A stretch of 64,000 nucleotides of DNA from an uncultured Methanomassiliicoccales archaeon (GCA_964396265.1 CAYNEM010000015.1:1182-65181); one strand, 5' to 3'; positions 47,477-57,536 are shown, counted from the first letter of the stretch. Numbers and translations: made by a program. The notes: generated from the letters alone by a model not told the origin.

Positions 47477-48484
47477 ATGGCACACGCCGTCGAGACGAAG
47501 GCACTGACCCGCATCTTCTCCGTCCGGAAGAAGATCTTCCGCCGCAAGAAGGCGGAGAACGCGAGCTCCGAGGGTCCCGTCACCGCGCTGGGCGGGGTCG
47601 ACCTGGAAATCCATGATGGCGAGCTGTTCGGACTGCTCGGTCCGAACGGCGCAGGGAAGACCACGGTCATCAAGGTCCTCTCGACCCTCCTCCTCCCGAC
47701 CTCCGGCATGGCGAAGGTGGCGGGGTTCGACGTCGCGAAGGACGCATTCCAGATCCGCACGCGAATCAACATGGTCAGCGGGGGGGAGACGAGCGGGTAT
47801 GGCCTCCTCACGACGCGCGAGAACATCTGGATGTTCTCCCAGTTCTACGGCGTCCCCAGCAAGGTCGCGAAGGAGCGCGTCGACGAGCTGCTTCACACGT
47901 TCGGCCTCTGGGAGAAGCGTGACGCGAAGGTCCGAACGCTGTCGAGCGGACAGCGTCAGAAGATGAACATGATCCGCGGGTTCGTCACAGACCCGCAAAT
48001 CTTCTTTCTGGACGAGCCCACGCTGGGCCTCGACGTGAACGCCTCCCGCGTCATCCGCGAATACGTGAGCAGCTGGGTGCGCTCGAACAAAGAGAAGACC
48101 GTGCTCCTCACGACGCACTACATGCAGGAGGCGGACGACATGTGCGACCGCCTCGCGATCATCGACAAAGGCAAGATCCTGGCGGTGGACACGCCGCAGA
48201 ACCTGAAGCGGCGCCTCAAGAAGGAGACGACGTTCCGCCTAGAGGTCGACCCGCTGAAGGACGCGGCGAGGTTCAAGGCGATCCCGGGCGTGAAGAACTT
48301 CAGCCTGACGGGCGACGGCGGCGCGAGCCTCGTGAAGCTCACGTTCATCCTCGACGACGAGTCGGCGGTGAGCGACATCGTGAGCGAGGTCGTCAGCCAG
48401 GGCTCGAGGATCCACTACCTCCAGAAGTCGGAGCCGACCCTCGAGGACGTGTTCATCAGCATGGTCGGGAGGTCGCTCGAGTGA
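47477..48484 (+). CDS. ABC transporter ATP-binding protein (ABC-2 exporter type).
   Basis: Walker A GPNGAGKTT, signature LSSGQRQK, Walker B IFFLDEPT. Confidence 0.9.
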   Translation: MAHAVETKALTRIFSVRKKIFRRKKAENASSEGPVTALGGVDLEIHDGELFGLLGPNGAGKTTVIKVLSTLLLPTSGMAKVAGFDVAKDAFQIRTRINMVSGGETSGYGLLTTRENIWMFSQFYGVPSKVAKERVDELLHTFGLWEKRDAKVRTLSSGQRQKMNMIRGFVTDPQIFFLDEPTLGLDVNASRVIREYVSSWVRSNKEKTVLLTTHYMQEADDMCDRLAIIDKGKILAVDTPQNLKRRLKKETTFRLEVDPLKDAARFKAIPGVKNFSLTGDGGASLVKLTFILDDESAVSDIVSEVVSQGSRIHYLQKSEPTLEDVFISMVGRSLE

Positions 48485-49365
48485 CGGCGACCGTGAACCC
48501 GGTAACCCTCAACCTCCGGGCGATCTGGGGCCGCGCGTACGTTCGCATCGTGGGGGCGAACCGGGAGCCGTCGTGGATCTTCTTCGATGGGATCCTTCCC
48601 CTGCTCGGGATCGCTGCCTACGTTTACATCTACAAGGGGTTCTTCATCGGTAACTCGACGCCGGAGGCTTTGGCGGCGGTCAACGCGCTCGTCGGTTTCG
48701 TCGTCCTCGGCGGCGTGATGATCGCGTTCTGGATGAACGTCCTCTGGTCGATGGCCTCCCAGCTGTACTGGGAGAAGGAGATGGGGAACCTGCAGCTGTA
48801 CATGCTGGCCCCGATGTCCCGCATGGCCCTCCTGGGCGGGATGGCGATCGGCGGGGTCTTCATGACGTCGGTCCGCGCCCTCGTCACCCTGGTCGCGGGC
48901 ATCTACGTCTTCGGCGTCCACTTCCAGCTCGCGAACCCGCTCCTGCTCGTCGGCGTGTTCTTCGTCACCCTGATCGCCCTATACGGGATGGGGATGCTGT
49001 TCGCGTCCCTCTATCTCATGTGGGGACGCGAGGCGTATCACATGTCGTCCCTGCTGGAGGAGCCGATCTTCCTCGTCTCGGGCTTCTACTTCCCGATCGG
49101 CGCCTTCGCGAACCCGAACTTCGCCCCGTGGGGGCGGGCCGTCATGGTCGGTGGTTCCCTCATCCCCGCCACCCTCGGGCTCGACGCCCTTCGCCAGCTC
49201 CTGTTCCCCGCGTCCTCGCAGAACTTCGTGTTCCTCCCCGTGCAAACGGAACTCCTCATCTTGGTTGGCCTCGCTTTCGTGTTCTTCTTCGTCGCCCGTT
49301 ACTCCCTTCGATACATGGAAATGCTCGCCCGGCGAGACGGGAGGCTGACCACACGGCATCAGTGA
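48481..49365 (+). CDS. ABC-2 family transporter permease.
   Basis: GTG start overlaps the ATPase stop. Six predicted TM helices. Confidence 0.8.
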   Translation: MTATVNPVTLNLRAIWGRAYVRIVGANREPSWIFFDGILPLLGIAAYVYIYKGFFIGNSTPEALAAVNALVGFVVLGGVMIAFWMNVLWSMASQLYWEKEMGNLQLYMLAPMSRMALLGGMAIGGVFMTSVRALVTLVAGIYVFGVHFQLANPLLLVGVFFVTLIALYGMGMLFASLYLMWGREAYHMSSLLEEPIFLVSGFYFPIGAFANPNFAPWGRAVMVGGSLIPATLGLDALRQLLFPASSQNFVFLPVQTELLILVGLAFVFFFVARYSLRYMEMLARRDGRLTTRHQ

Positions 49366-50252
49366 ACGCGAGCGCGGCCCGCCTCTGGCGCTCGTTCAAA
49401 TGGGCCTCGTGGCTCGGCTGGCAGATCGAGTCGAACTGGACGGAGCCCTGGCTGTTCGCAATCTACTCCATCATCAAACCGGTCGCGGGCGCTTTCATCC
49501 TCGTGTTCATGTACGTCGTCTTCGCCGCCATCGGCACCGGGGGCAACTTCACCGACCCCGCGGGACTCGCCCGGTTCAACTTCATGTACATCGGGAATGC
49601 GTTCTTTATCTTCGTCGGCAACACTCTGTTCGGGACCTTCCAGGTCATCCAGTCCGATCGGGAGTGGTACCAGACCCTCCGGTATGTCTACATCTCACCG
49701 ATCTCCTACTACACGTACATCGTAGGCCGCGCTGCCACGAAGGTCCTCATCTCGACGTTCGGCGTCTTGATCACCCTCGGATTCGGGGTGGCCTTCCTCC
49801 ACATCCAGCTCGACCTCTCCCTCGGGGAGGTCCCTGCCTTCGTCGCGGCGCTCGTCCTCGGGGCACTCACCCTCGTGGGCATCGGCGTCTCGCTCGCGGC
49901 CCTGTCGTTCGTGACCGCGCGCCATGTCCGCGGCCTGGCCGAGGGCGTCCCTGGGATCTTCTACTTGTTCTGCGGGGTCCTGTTCCCGCTTTCGATCCTT
50001 CCGGATTGGGGGGTGGGTCTGGGGAAGGCGATCCCCCTCACGTACTGGTTCGAGATCATCCGGAGGATCCTCATGCCGGCGTCCATGCTCCAGGCCTCGC
50101 CCACGGGACTCGAGACCTTCGGCGCGAACGAGGTCATCCTTCTCCTCCTCGTCTCGGCAATGCTGTTCTTCGTGATGTCCGTCGGCCTGTTCCGCCTGAT
50201 GGAGTTCCTCGCCCGCCGATCCGGAAAACTCGACATGACAACGGCTTACTGA
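49362..50252 (+). CDS. ABC-2 family transporter permease, second subunit.
   Basis: GTG start overlaps the previous stop. Polytopic. Confidence 0.8.
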   Translation: MNASAARLWRSFKWASWLGWQIESNWTEPWLFAIYSIIKPVAGAFILVFMYVVFAAIGTGGNFTDPAGLARFNFMYIGNAFFIFVGNTLFGTFQVIQSDREWYQTLRYVYISPISYYTYIVGRAATKVLISTFGVLITLGFGVAFLHIQLDLSLGEVPAFVAALVLGALTLVGIGVSLAALSFVTARHVRGLAEGVPGIFYLFCGVLFPLSILPDWGVGLGKAIPLTYWFEIIRRILMPASMLQASPTGLETFGANEVILLLLVSAMLFFVMSVGLFRLMEFLARRSGKLDMTTAY

Positions 50253-50581
50253 GGTCGCCGTCGCGCTTTCTGCTCCCGGAGATAGGGGAAGCGCATGACC
50301 GTGCCGCACGCGAGACACGTCGTCACGACGCGCGATTCCCCGATGCGCACCCGCGCGGTCTTTGGCGGCAGGAGGTACGCGCGGCAGCCCTTGCACACGC
50401 GCCGCTTGTGTTCGGAGGGAAGCCGCACGTTGTATCGCATGCCGATGCGGCGGCCCAGGTCGACGTAACGGTTCGCGCGGACCAGGTTCCCCTTGAGGGC
50501 CTCTTGCTCGGCGAGCTGGAAGAGCCGGTCGATCCGCTCGCGGGCGATCTTCCGCTCCTGCCCCTTCTTCCGCTTCGGCAC
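50246..50581 (-). CDS. rnp4: RNase P protein component 4 (Rpp21/RNP4).
   Basis: KIARERIDRLFQLAEQ...RVCKGCRAYLLPPKTARVRIGESRVVTTCLACGTVMRFPY matches the Rpp21 zinc-ribbon family. GTG start at 50581 gives 111 aa. The upstream ATG at 50665 would overlap the divergent pepQ start. Confidence 0.75.
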   Translation of the reverse strand: MPKRKKGQERKIARERIDRLFQLAEQEALKGNLVRANRYVDLGRRIGMRYNVRLPSEHKRRVCKGCRAYLLPPKTARVRIGESRVVTTCLACGTVMRFPYLREQKARRRPQ

Positions 50582-50663
50582 GACCCCCGGTAAGAGGGCG
50601 GTGCGATAAAGCGTTCCGCCGCCAAACCTTTTAGCATGACGCCCGATACGCGGCCGAGAGTCC

Positions 50664-51752
50664 ATGACCAAACGCATGAACCGTTTCTTCAGGAGAATCG
50701 ACGACGGCGTGGACCTCGTCGTGTTCGCGAACTCGACGGAGCCCCACATCGACATGTCCTTCATGTACGCGACGGGGCTCACGGACGGACTGTTCGAGGG
50801 GTGTGCGGCGTTCTGCCACCCGGATGGCGGTGTCGAGATCACCACCTCCGCGCTGGAAGAGCAGACCGCGACCCACGCGGGTCTGCCCCTCCACGTGTTT
50901 CGAACGCGGGACGAGAGGGTGGGGCATCTCAAGAGGCTCCTGAAGGGGCACCGGAAGATCGGGCTCAACGACGCGGAGATCACGCACCGGGCGGCTCAGG
51001 AGCTCCGGAAGCTCGCGCCCAAGGCCTCGTTCGTCGATGTGAGCCAAGCGATTATGAAAACGCGCCTCGTCAAGGACGATGGCGAGATCGCCCTCCTCCG
51101 GAGAGCCGCCAGGATCGCGTCGGATGCGCTCGCCGAGGTCCTTCCGGGCATGGGGCCGGGCGACGTCGAGAGCAGGATCGCCGCCAAACTTGTCTACGCG
51201 ATGCAGGAGAGGGGCGCGACGGGGGCGTCGTTCCACACGATCGTCGGCAGCGGCCCCAACAGCGCCGAGCCCCACTACACGGCCGGCCCGCGAAAGCTCC
51301 GGAAGGGCGATTTCGTCGTGATCGACTTCGGCGCGAGGTACAAGCTGTACTGCTCCGACGTCACGCGCACCGTCGTGGTCGGGAAGGCGACGGAGAAGCA
51401 ACGGGACATGTATGACACCGTCCAGCGCGCGCAGGCGGCGGCCATGCGGATGATGCGGCCCGGGGTGAAGGCGAAGGCGGTCGACACGGCCGCACGCGAT
51501 CTCATCGATGGGACGGCCTACCAGGGACGCTTCATCCACGGCCTCGGCCACAGTGTGGGCCTCGCCGTGCACGATGGCGGCGGCCTGAACCAGGCAAGCG
51601 ACCTCGTCCTGCGGAAGAACATGGTGTTCACCAACGAGCCGGGCGTCTACGTGCCGGGCTATGGCGGCGTCCGCATCGAAGATGATGTGCTGATCACGGG
51701 CAAGGCCCCGAGGCTACTCTCGACCGCACCCCGGGATCTCATCGAGCTGTAG
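50664..51752 (+). CDS. Xaa-Pro aminopeptidase / M24B family peptidase.
   Basis: Metal-ligand motifs (DFGARY, HGLGHSVGLAVHD, NEPGVY, RIED). Confidence 0.88.
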   Translation: MTKRMNRFFRRIDDGVDLVVFANSTEPHIDMSFMYATGLTDGLFEGCAAFCHPDGGVEITTSALEEQTATHAGLPLHVFRTRDERVGHLKRLLKGHRKIGLNDAEITHRAAQELRKLAPKASFVDVSQAIMKTRLVKDDGEIALLRRAARIASDALAEVLPGMGPGDVESRIAAKLVYAMQERGATGASFHTIVGSGPNSAEPHYTAGPRKLRKGDFVVIDFGARYKLYCSDVTRTVVVGKATEKQRDMYDTVQRAQAAAMRMMRPGVKAKAVDTAARDLIDGTAYQGRFIHGLGHSVGLAVHDGGGLNQASDLVLRKNMVFTNEPGVYVPGYGGVRIEDDVLITGKAPRLLSTAPRDLIEL

Positions 51753-51796
51753 AAGCTGGGCCCCCGAGCGGTGGCCGTCGGTTTCGTACCGTTCGC

Positions 51797-53899
51797 TCAG
51801 GCGAGGGAACCCCACCGGCGGGCCCGGACGCCTCGAGAGCGCCCACGCCCACCGTCCCCCTCCCCCACGTCGTCGTCGCCATCCCCGCCATCGCCCCCGT
51901 CGTGGTCCCCCTCGTCTTCGTCGCCGTCGCGGCCGTCGTCGTCGTCGCCACCGTCGCCGCCGTCGTCATCGTCGGGTGCCTGTTCGACGACCACCGTGCC
52001 GGTCAGGATTGTCACACCGCCGTCGTCATCCTCAACACTGAGCTGCCATCCGAACGACCGAGCCTGCCCCCCTTCCCGATCGTCGTCCTCATCGTCCCCG
52101 TCGTCGCCCACATCTCGGTCGCGCCCACCCTCATCGTCGGCGTCATCGTCACCGCGGCCGTCGTCATCGTCATCGTCGTCACCGCCAGTGTCGCCCCCAC
52201 ACACGACTCGTTGCACGTCTGTGACGTTACGGGGGTTCTCGTCGGGGCTCGGGTCGGGATCCGGGACGACCGCAGGCTCGTTCGGGTACGTGACGGGGGA
52301 GGAATAGCCCGTGCAGTCCCCGGACCACGTGAACGTCAGGTCGTCGCTGCCCGGGTCGGTCGCGACCGCGGTGAACACGAAGACCGTCCCGCGGGTTCCC
52401 TCGTGATCGTCGTCCCCGACGCGCCCGCCTCCACACCCCTCATCGGCGCCGCCATCCCCCTCATCGTCCCCGTCGTAATCGCCTTCGCGCCCACTCTCAT
52501 CGTCGTCGTCATCGTCGTCGTCATCACGATCTTGGTCCTGGCAAACGAGGATGGACACGGAGATCGACGGGGCGATGTTCGATATGGTCAACGGCGCATC
52601 GGCCGTTGCAGTGAACTCGCCGTCGCTGACCTCGACGCGAGCCTGCGCGGACAGATCATCTCCGAACGTGGACGCCGCCGAGGGATCCGAGGACCACGCC
52701 GTGTCCCAGATCCCGTCCGACGTGAAATCCCAGCGGAACTGCATCGGGTCGCCGTTCGGGTCCGACGAGGCTCCCGCGGAGAATGTGATCGTGTCGCCCT
52801 CGACCCCCACGTATCCGGGGCCCGCATTCGGCACGGGGGGCAGAGGCACGCGGAACACGTCCATCAGAGGCTGTTCGCTCACCGCTTCCGGCATGGCGTC
52901 GTCGCCGACGCTCACGGCCGCGCGCGGCAGGCCGACGCGCGAAGGCGTGATGTGCGGCGTCGTCATCGTGTAGGAGAACGTGCGGGTCACGTACGGCGTG
53001 GGCTGGTCGTTCGGGGGCTTGTTCGTGACGTCCGCGGCCGGCAGGTTCGCGACCCAGAAGATGGTGGTCGACCCATCCCCGTTCGAGGTCAAGGAATACC
53101 CTGCGGGGGAGATACTGCCCGTGTCGAGGTCGTAGCCCGCGGGGATCCGGTCCGACACGCGCGCGGTCGGCGCGTCCGGCGCTGGGAGGGAGTCGCCCTC
53201 GTCGGAGATTGCTAGGTTCGTTGCCCGGAGGACCACATCCAGCGCCTGCCCGGCGGTTTCTGGGATCTCGCCCCAGAAGGCGCCGTTCACGGTCTTCCCG
53301 ACGACGGGGCTCGCGTGCTCCCGGAGATACGCCCACACCTGGTCCTGCGTCCCGCCGGGCCCACCCTGCGCGTCCCCAAGGAACGATTCCATTCCGAACG
53401 GTGCGATCTCGCCGCCAAGGAAGACCGGCACGTCGGCATGTACGAACTGCCGCTCCTCCGTGCACCACCACGGGGGCATCGAGAGGATCCCGCGCGCGAC
53501 GAAGTCCCCGTACCCGTAGGTCTCGGAGCTGCCGGCGGGGATCGTGGCATCGCTAAGGATGCCGTCCTGAGTCGTCAGGTCCGCGTCGAACGTGTCGGCC
53601 GGGTTCGGGCTCAATAGCATTACGTACTCGGTGACCGCCACGTCCCCGGTCGAGGTGCTGCTCACCTCGTACCCGAGGGCCGCTGTGTCCGTCTGACCCC
53701 CGATTGTATACGTCACATCGACCTGCGAGATGGTGATCAGGCCGCGACTATACGCCTCCCAGATGAGCATCGTGCTCGACGTGCTCGAAGGCGAGATCGG
53801 AAGAGCGCTTCCCGCCGGGTCTTCGGGAACGGCCGTCAGCAACAATCCGGAGGACATCACGGCAAGAATTGCAAGGCTTCCGGCGAGAACCTTTCCCAT
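51797..53899 (-). CDS. Secreted PKD-domain protein with a hyper-acidic Asp/Gly/Glu low-complexity C-terminal half.
   Basis: Signal peptide MGKVLAGSLAILAVMSSGLLLTA. PKD motifs (ITFSAGASSDPNGDPMQFRWDFTSDGIWD; LTFTWSGDCTGYS). The C-terminal ~250 aa contain several D6-D9 runs. Confidence 0.75.
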   Translation of the reverse strand: MGKVLAGSLAILAVMSSGLLLTAVPEDPAGSALPISPSSTSSTMLIWEAYSRGLITISQVDVTYTIGGQTDTAALGYEVSSTSTGDVAVTEYVMLLSPNPADTFDADLTTQDGILSDATIPAGSSETYGYGDFVARGILSMPPWWCTEERQFVHADVPVFLGGEIAPFGMESFLGDAQGGPGGTQDQVWAYLREHASPVVGKTVNGAFWGEIPETAGQALDVVLRATNLAISDEGDSLPAPDAPTARVSDRIPAGYDLDTGSISPAGYSLTSNGDGSTTIFWVANLPAADVTNKPPNDQPTPYVTRTFSYTMTTPHITPSRVGLPRAAVSVGDDAMPEAVSEQPLMDVFRVPLPPVPNAGPGYVGVEGDTITFSAGASSDPNGDPMQFRWDFTSDGIWDTAWSSDPSAASTFGDDLSAQARVEVSDGEFTATADAPLTISNIAPSISVSILVCQDQDRDDDDDDDDDESGREGDYDGDDEGDGGADEGCGGGRVGDDDHEGTRGTVFVFTAVATDPGSDDLTFTWSGDCTGYSSPVTYPNEPAVVPDPDPSPDENPRNVTDVQRVVCGGDTGGDDDDDDDGRGDDDADDEGGRDRDVGDDGDDEDDDREGGQARSFGWQLSVEDDDGGVTILTGTVVVEQAPDDDDGGDGGDDDDGRDGDEDEGDHDGGDGGDGDDDVGEGDGGRGRSRGVRARRWGSLA
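52440..52545. repeat. GTC/ATC (coding GAC/GAT) trinucleotide repeat tracts encoding poly-Asp. Similar tracts lie at 51930-51960 and 52140-52200.
   Basis: Seen directly, for example CTCATCGTCGTCGTCATCGTCGTCGTCATCACG. Confidence 0.7.
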
Positions 53900-54045
53900 C
53901 GTCCCCCGTCTCTTGATGCGAAGTGTGCCGACATACCTTAAGGCTTGTGCCCGGTCGCGGCGTGGTTCCCCCGCCCAGTATGTGATAATGAGCCACCGGC
54001 CGGCGCCCACGACGTTCATAACGGATTCCGCGGTTCGCCTGCGCG

Positions 54046-55050
54046 TTGCTCGTCTACCCGCCCGATTGCGTCCGCCACGTGAACCTGCCGGGCCACGTGG
54101 AGGCCCCCGAAAGGGTCGAGGCGATCATCCGGAAACTCAAATCGCTCGGGCTGGCGGACGAGTGGAGCGTGCCCGAGGCCGCAACGCGCGCGCAGATCGA
54201 ATCCATCCACGCGAAGTCGTACGTGGACCTCGTCGAGAACTTCGGCGAAGGGTACCTGGACACGGACACCGCGATCCACCCGGAAACGCACGTGTACGCG
54301 AAATTGGCGGCGGGGGGCGCGATCGCGGCGGCGCTCGCATCCGCGCGGGACGGACGGCCCACGTTCGCCCTCGTCCGGCCGCCGGGACACCACGCCGGCC
54401 CCGATTACGGCGGCGGCTTCTGCTACTTCAACAACGTGGCGATCGCCGCGACGGCCCTCGGGGCTCGATTCCCGCGCGTGGCGATCCTCGATCTGGACGC
54501 GCATCATGGGAACGGGACGAGGGACGTCTTCGCAGCACGACGAGACGTCCTGTACGTGAGCACTCACCAGTACGGGATTTTCCCAGGCACGGGCCCAGCA
54601 GAGGATGTCGGGGAGGGGAAGGGCAAGGGATTCACGGTGAACATCCCGTTCCCCGCCCGAGCGGGGGACGCGTCCTACGCCCTCGCCTTCGACGAGGTCA
54701 TCGAGCCGATCGTCCGCCAGTTCCTACCGGACACGATCCTGGTCAGCCTCGGCGCCGACGCGCACTACAAGGACCCGCTCACGGATCTGGGCCTGTCCTC
54801 TCCCGGATACGTCGCCCTCGCTGAGAGGACCCTGCAGCTCGCGCGGTCCGTCGCCGAGGGGAGGGTTGCGTTCGTGCTCGAGGGCGGGTACCATCTGCCC
54901 GCGCTCGCGGAGGTCGTCGCGGGGACCTGTGCGGCGTTCCGCGGGGAGTCGGTGCACCTCCAGTTCCGCGAGATCGTGGACCCTTCGGCCCGGGGAAAGG
55001 AAGTCGTGAGGCGCGTGCGGAAGGTCCTCGGCGGGTACTGGGACCTATGA
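54046..55050 (+). CDS. Histone deacetylase family protein (AcuC/HDAC class).
   Basis: Zn-site motifs (RPPGHHA, DLDAHHGNGT, EGGY). TTG start. Confidence 0.85.
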   Translation: MLVYPPDCVRHVNLPGHVEAPERVEAIIRKLKSLGLADEWSVPEAATRAQIESIHAKSYVDLVENFGEGYLDTDTAIHPETHVYAKLAAGGAIAAALASARDGRPTFALVRPPGHHAGPDYGGGFCYFNNVAIAATALGARFPRVAILDLDAHHGNGTRDVFAARRDVLYVSTHQYGIFPGTGPAEDVGEGKGKGFTVNIPFPARAGDASYALAFDEVIEPIVRQFLPDTILVSLGADAHYKDPLTDLGLSSPGYVALAERTLQLARSVAEGRVAFVLEGGYHLPALAEVVAGTCAAFRGESVHLQFREIVDPSARGKEVVRRVRKVLGGYWDL

Positions 55051-56187
55051 GCCGTGGTGGCCTTTCCGCTCCGCGATCCGCCGGTCCTTCTCCTTCTTGA
55101 TGTGCGCCTCGATCTGCGTAAGAAGACCGTCGAGCGTCTTGAACAGGTCCCAGTCGAAGTGCTTGAAGTGGTACAGTTCCCGGTCCGTCGCGAACCTCGC
55201 GCGGATCGACCACTTCGACTTGTCCCCGTCGGCCTTATACTGTACAATGTGGAGGTTCAGCATCCGCGGGGTGACGATGTCGCCGATTCGACGCATCGCC
55301 TTTTGGATGATTTCGTAGATCGCATCGTACACGTCCGGCTGTTCCTCGAGCCCGCTGATTTGGACGAGCAGCCCATCCCGCTCGCGGAACCGCGCGGCGA
55401 TCTCGACGACGTCCGCGGTCGTGAGGATCCCCGTGGGCTCCTGATTCTCCATGACGACGACCGTGGAAATCCGACTCTTCGCCATCGCCTCCAATGCTGT
55501 CGCGAGCTTCGCGCCGGGCGGGACCGTCACGGGCGGCTGCATGATGCTCTCGATCAAGATGTTCACGGGGTCCTTTTCCGAGGCCCGGCCCTGCCGGCCG
55601 AAGTTCTCCTTGGGTCTCGCAAACAGGTCCGCGAGGTCCTTGAGACCGACGACGCCGACGAGCTTCCGCGCTTCGTCCACCACGGGGACGGCCCGCTCCC
55701 CAAGCCCCGCCATGACGGTGCGCGCCTGGCCGACCGTCTCCTTCGCGGAGACGCACTGGGGCTGAGGCGTCATGACCTCGGCGACGGACATCCCGTCGAT
55801 CTCTTCGCACCGCGAGAGCGCGCGAACAACGTCCGAACGCGAGAGGATCCCCACGAGCCTCCCCTTCTCCGTGATCGGCAGGGTTCGATTGCCGCTCGAC
55901 AGGAACGTCTCCGCGGCCGTTGCCAAGTCGAGGTTCGGCAGCACCTCGGGGGTCTTCCGGACGAGGTGTTGTGCCTTCGACGTCGGCTTCGTGCTCTTGT
56001 GGCGGGCGATCGACGCCATGGATACGACCCCGACCAGCTTCTTGCCATCCAGGATCGGAATCTCGTGGACGTCGTTCGTCCGCATCCGCCCGAGGATCTC
56101 GGAGATCGGCTCGTCCGCGGTGCCGGTCACGACTTCGCCAGACATGAAATCGCGAACCTTCAAATCACGCAGGCGGAGCTTCGGCAT
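55045..56187 (-). CDS. Protein with four CBS domains and a C-terminal ~90-aa domain resembling ribosome hibernation factor (HPF/RaiA-like).
   Basis: Two CBS pairs. The C-terminal ...ATDRELYHFKHFDWDLFKTLDGLLTQIEAHIKKEKDRR parallels the HPF core (...DMYAAIDLL.DKLERQL.KHKEK). Confidence 0.75.
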   Translation of the reverse strand: MPKLRLRDLKVRDFMSGEVVTGTADEPISEILGRMRTNDVHEIPILDGKKLVGVVSMASIARHKSTKPTSKAQHLVRKTPEVLPNLDLATAAETFLSSGNRTLPITEKGRLVGILSRSDVVRALSRCEEIDGMSVAEVMTPQPQCVSAKETVGQARTVMAGLGERAVPVVDEARKLVGVVGLKDLADLFARPKENFGRQGRASEKDPVNILIESIMQPPVTVPPGAKLATALEAMAKSRISTVVVMENQEPTGILTTADVVEIAARFRERDGLLVQISGLEEQPDVYDAIYEIIQKAMRRIGDIVTPRMLNLHIVQYKADGDKSKWSIRARFATDRELYHFKHFDWDLFKTLDGLLTQIEAHIKKEKDRRIAERKGHHGS

Positions 56188-56276
56188 CGACCGCCCATCC
56201 CTTCAACCGTGCGAAGTAGTCTCCGCAAGGAGCGGGCTCTATAAATCCTTATGCGAGCCACTGCTTGCGGAGGACC

Positions 56277-56552
56277 GTGCGAACGCGGGCCCACGCGGTT
56301 TTCCGCGGCGTCGTCCAGGGCGTCAACTTCCGCGTGCAGTGTCGCGGGCACGCGCTGGGGCTCGGCCTCACGGGCTGGGTCCGGAACCTCGAGGACGGGA
56401 GCGTGGAGGCCGTGTTCGAGGGGGACCGCGAATCGATCGAGGAGGCAATCGCTTGGAATCGCACCTCGCAACCCCGCGCCGAGGTCTCAAACGTCGACGT
56501 GGAGTGGTCGCCGCCCACCGACGAGTTCCGGACCTTCGAGATCCGGCATTGA
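56277..56552 (+). CDS. acyP: Acylphosphatase.
   Basis: VRTRAHAVFRGVVQGVNFR...GWVRNLEDGSVEAVFEG matches both AcyP signatures. GTG start. Confidence 0.8.
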   Translation: MRTRAHAVFRGVVQGVNFRVQCRGHALGLGLTGWVRNLEDGSVEAVFEGDRESIEEAIAWNRTSQPRAEVSNVDVEWSPPTDEFRTFEIRH

Positions 56553-57408
56553 TCAGCGGATGTCGACCCCGTACGTGCTCGAGGGCAGCGACCCATGGAT
56601 GACCGCCGCCATGTCCGACGTCAGGACGCCGCCGGCGCGTAGCTTGGCGGTCTTGCGTGGCACGGTCGCGGGGCCGAGCACGGCTCCCGGGCGGCGCGGA
56701 TCGTCGATGTAGTCCGTTTCCATCAAGAAGGGACCGCCCTTCCGTAAGGCCTCCCGCAGATGGTCCTCGCGCGCGAGGACGCTCGGCACGCACCCGTGGA
56801 CTTCGTCCGGCTGGACGAGGGGCGGGGAGTGATGCTTCACGACCTTTTCCCTGCGCAGGCCCGCAGCCTCGGCCAGGCGCGCGAACTCCTCGTATATCTC
56901 CGGGGTGGGGTCCTCCGTGTGGAGGATCACGGCGCAGTGCGCGTCGCGGGCGAGCTCCATCCCGTACTGCAGGACCTCGTTCGAGGCCGCCCATAGGTCC
57001 GAAGCGACCCGGAAGTGGGGCCGTCCGATCTCGCCGAGGGCGGTGGCCCTCCCCTCGCGCACCCGGTCGGCGGCGATCTCCATGCCCCGTTTCATGGAAT
57101 CGACAGCTCCGCGGAGCCCCAGCGCCTGGTCGAGTCGCAGGAGATCGACCGGATACGGGCCGAGGGCCACGAAGACTGTCACCTTCGTCTCGCGACGGAC
57201 GAGGTCCGCGGTGTGAAGCGTCCGTTCATATGCGGCCGCGTAGTCGTCGCCGGAGGCGAGCGGGAGGTCGTCATAGGGGAGGTGCGTGAGCATGAGATGC
57301 GTCCCGCCGGCCTTCTCGAACATCTTTGCGGCGTCCATGTACAGACCGCGAGGGTCGAGGTGGAAGTGATTGTCGAAGACCGCCACGGCGGGAGAATGTC
57401 GACTCACC
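56553..57408 (-). CDS. tatD: TatD-family metal-dependent hydrolase.
   Basis: N-terminal FDNHFHLD (HxH metal site) with downstream His/Asp/Glu ligands. Start approximate (GTG, VSRHSPAVAVFDNHFH). Confidence 0.7.
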
Positions 57409-57536
57409 GTAAGGCGTTGGCGGCGTTCAGATCGCAGGGTGGAAGGAATACTCGACCGCCGTTGATTCCGGTTCTGATTTTCGGCGCTGATTCCCGGTGC
57501 GCGAGGTTCATATTCGCGGCCAAGGGGTGCACCCCG

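Noticed and set aside
51771-52307. Plus-strand ORF encoding poly-Ser/Pro (SSSPSPPSPPS...)
   Set aside because: It is the complementary-strand reading of the GAC/GAT poly-Asp tract of the PKD protein. The minus-strand gene has a signal peptide and PKD domains.
57350-57490. Apparent +1/-1 frameshifts in the divergent TatD / surface-protein region when hand-translating at the line junctions
   Set aside because: The ORF track reads straight through both genes. The discrepancy coincides exactly with line breaks at 57360/57361 and 57480/57481 in the printed sequence, so it is most likely a reading artefact, not a pseudogene. Coordinates there may be off by 1 nt.
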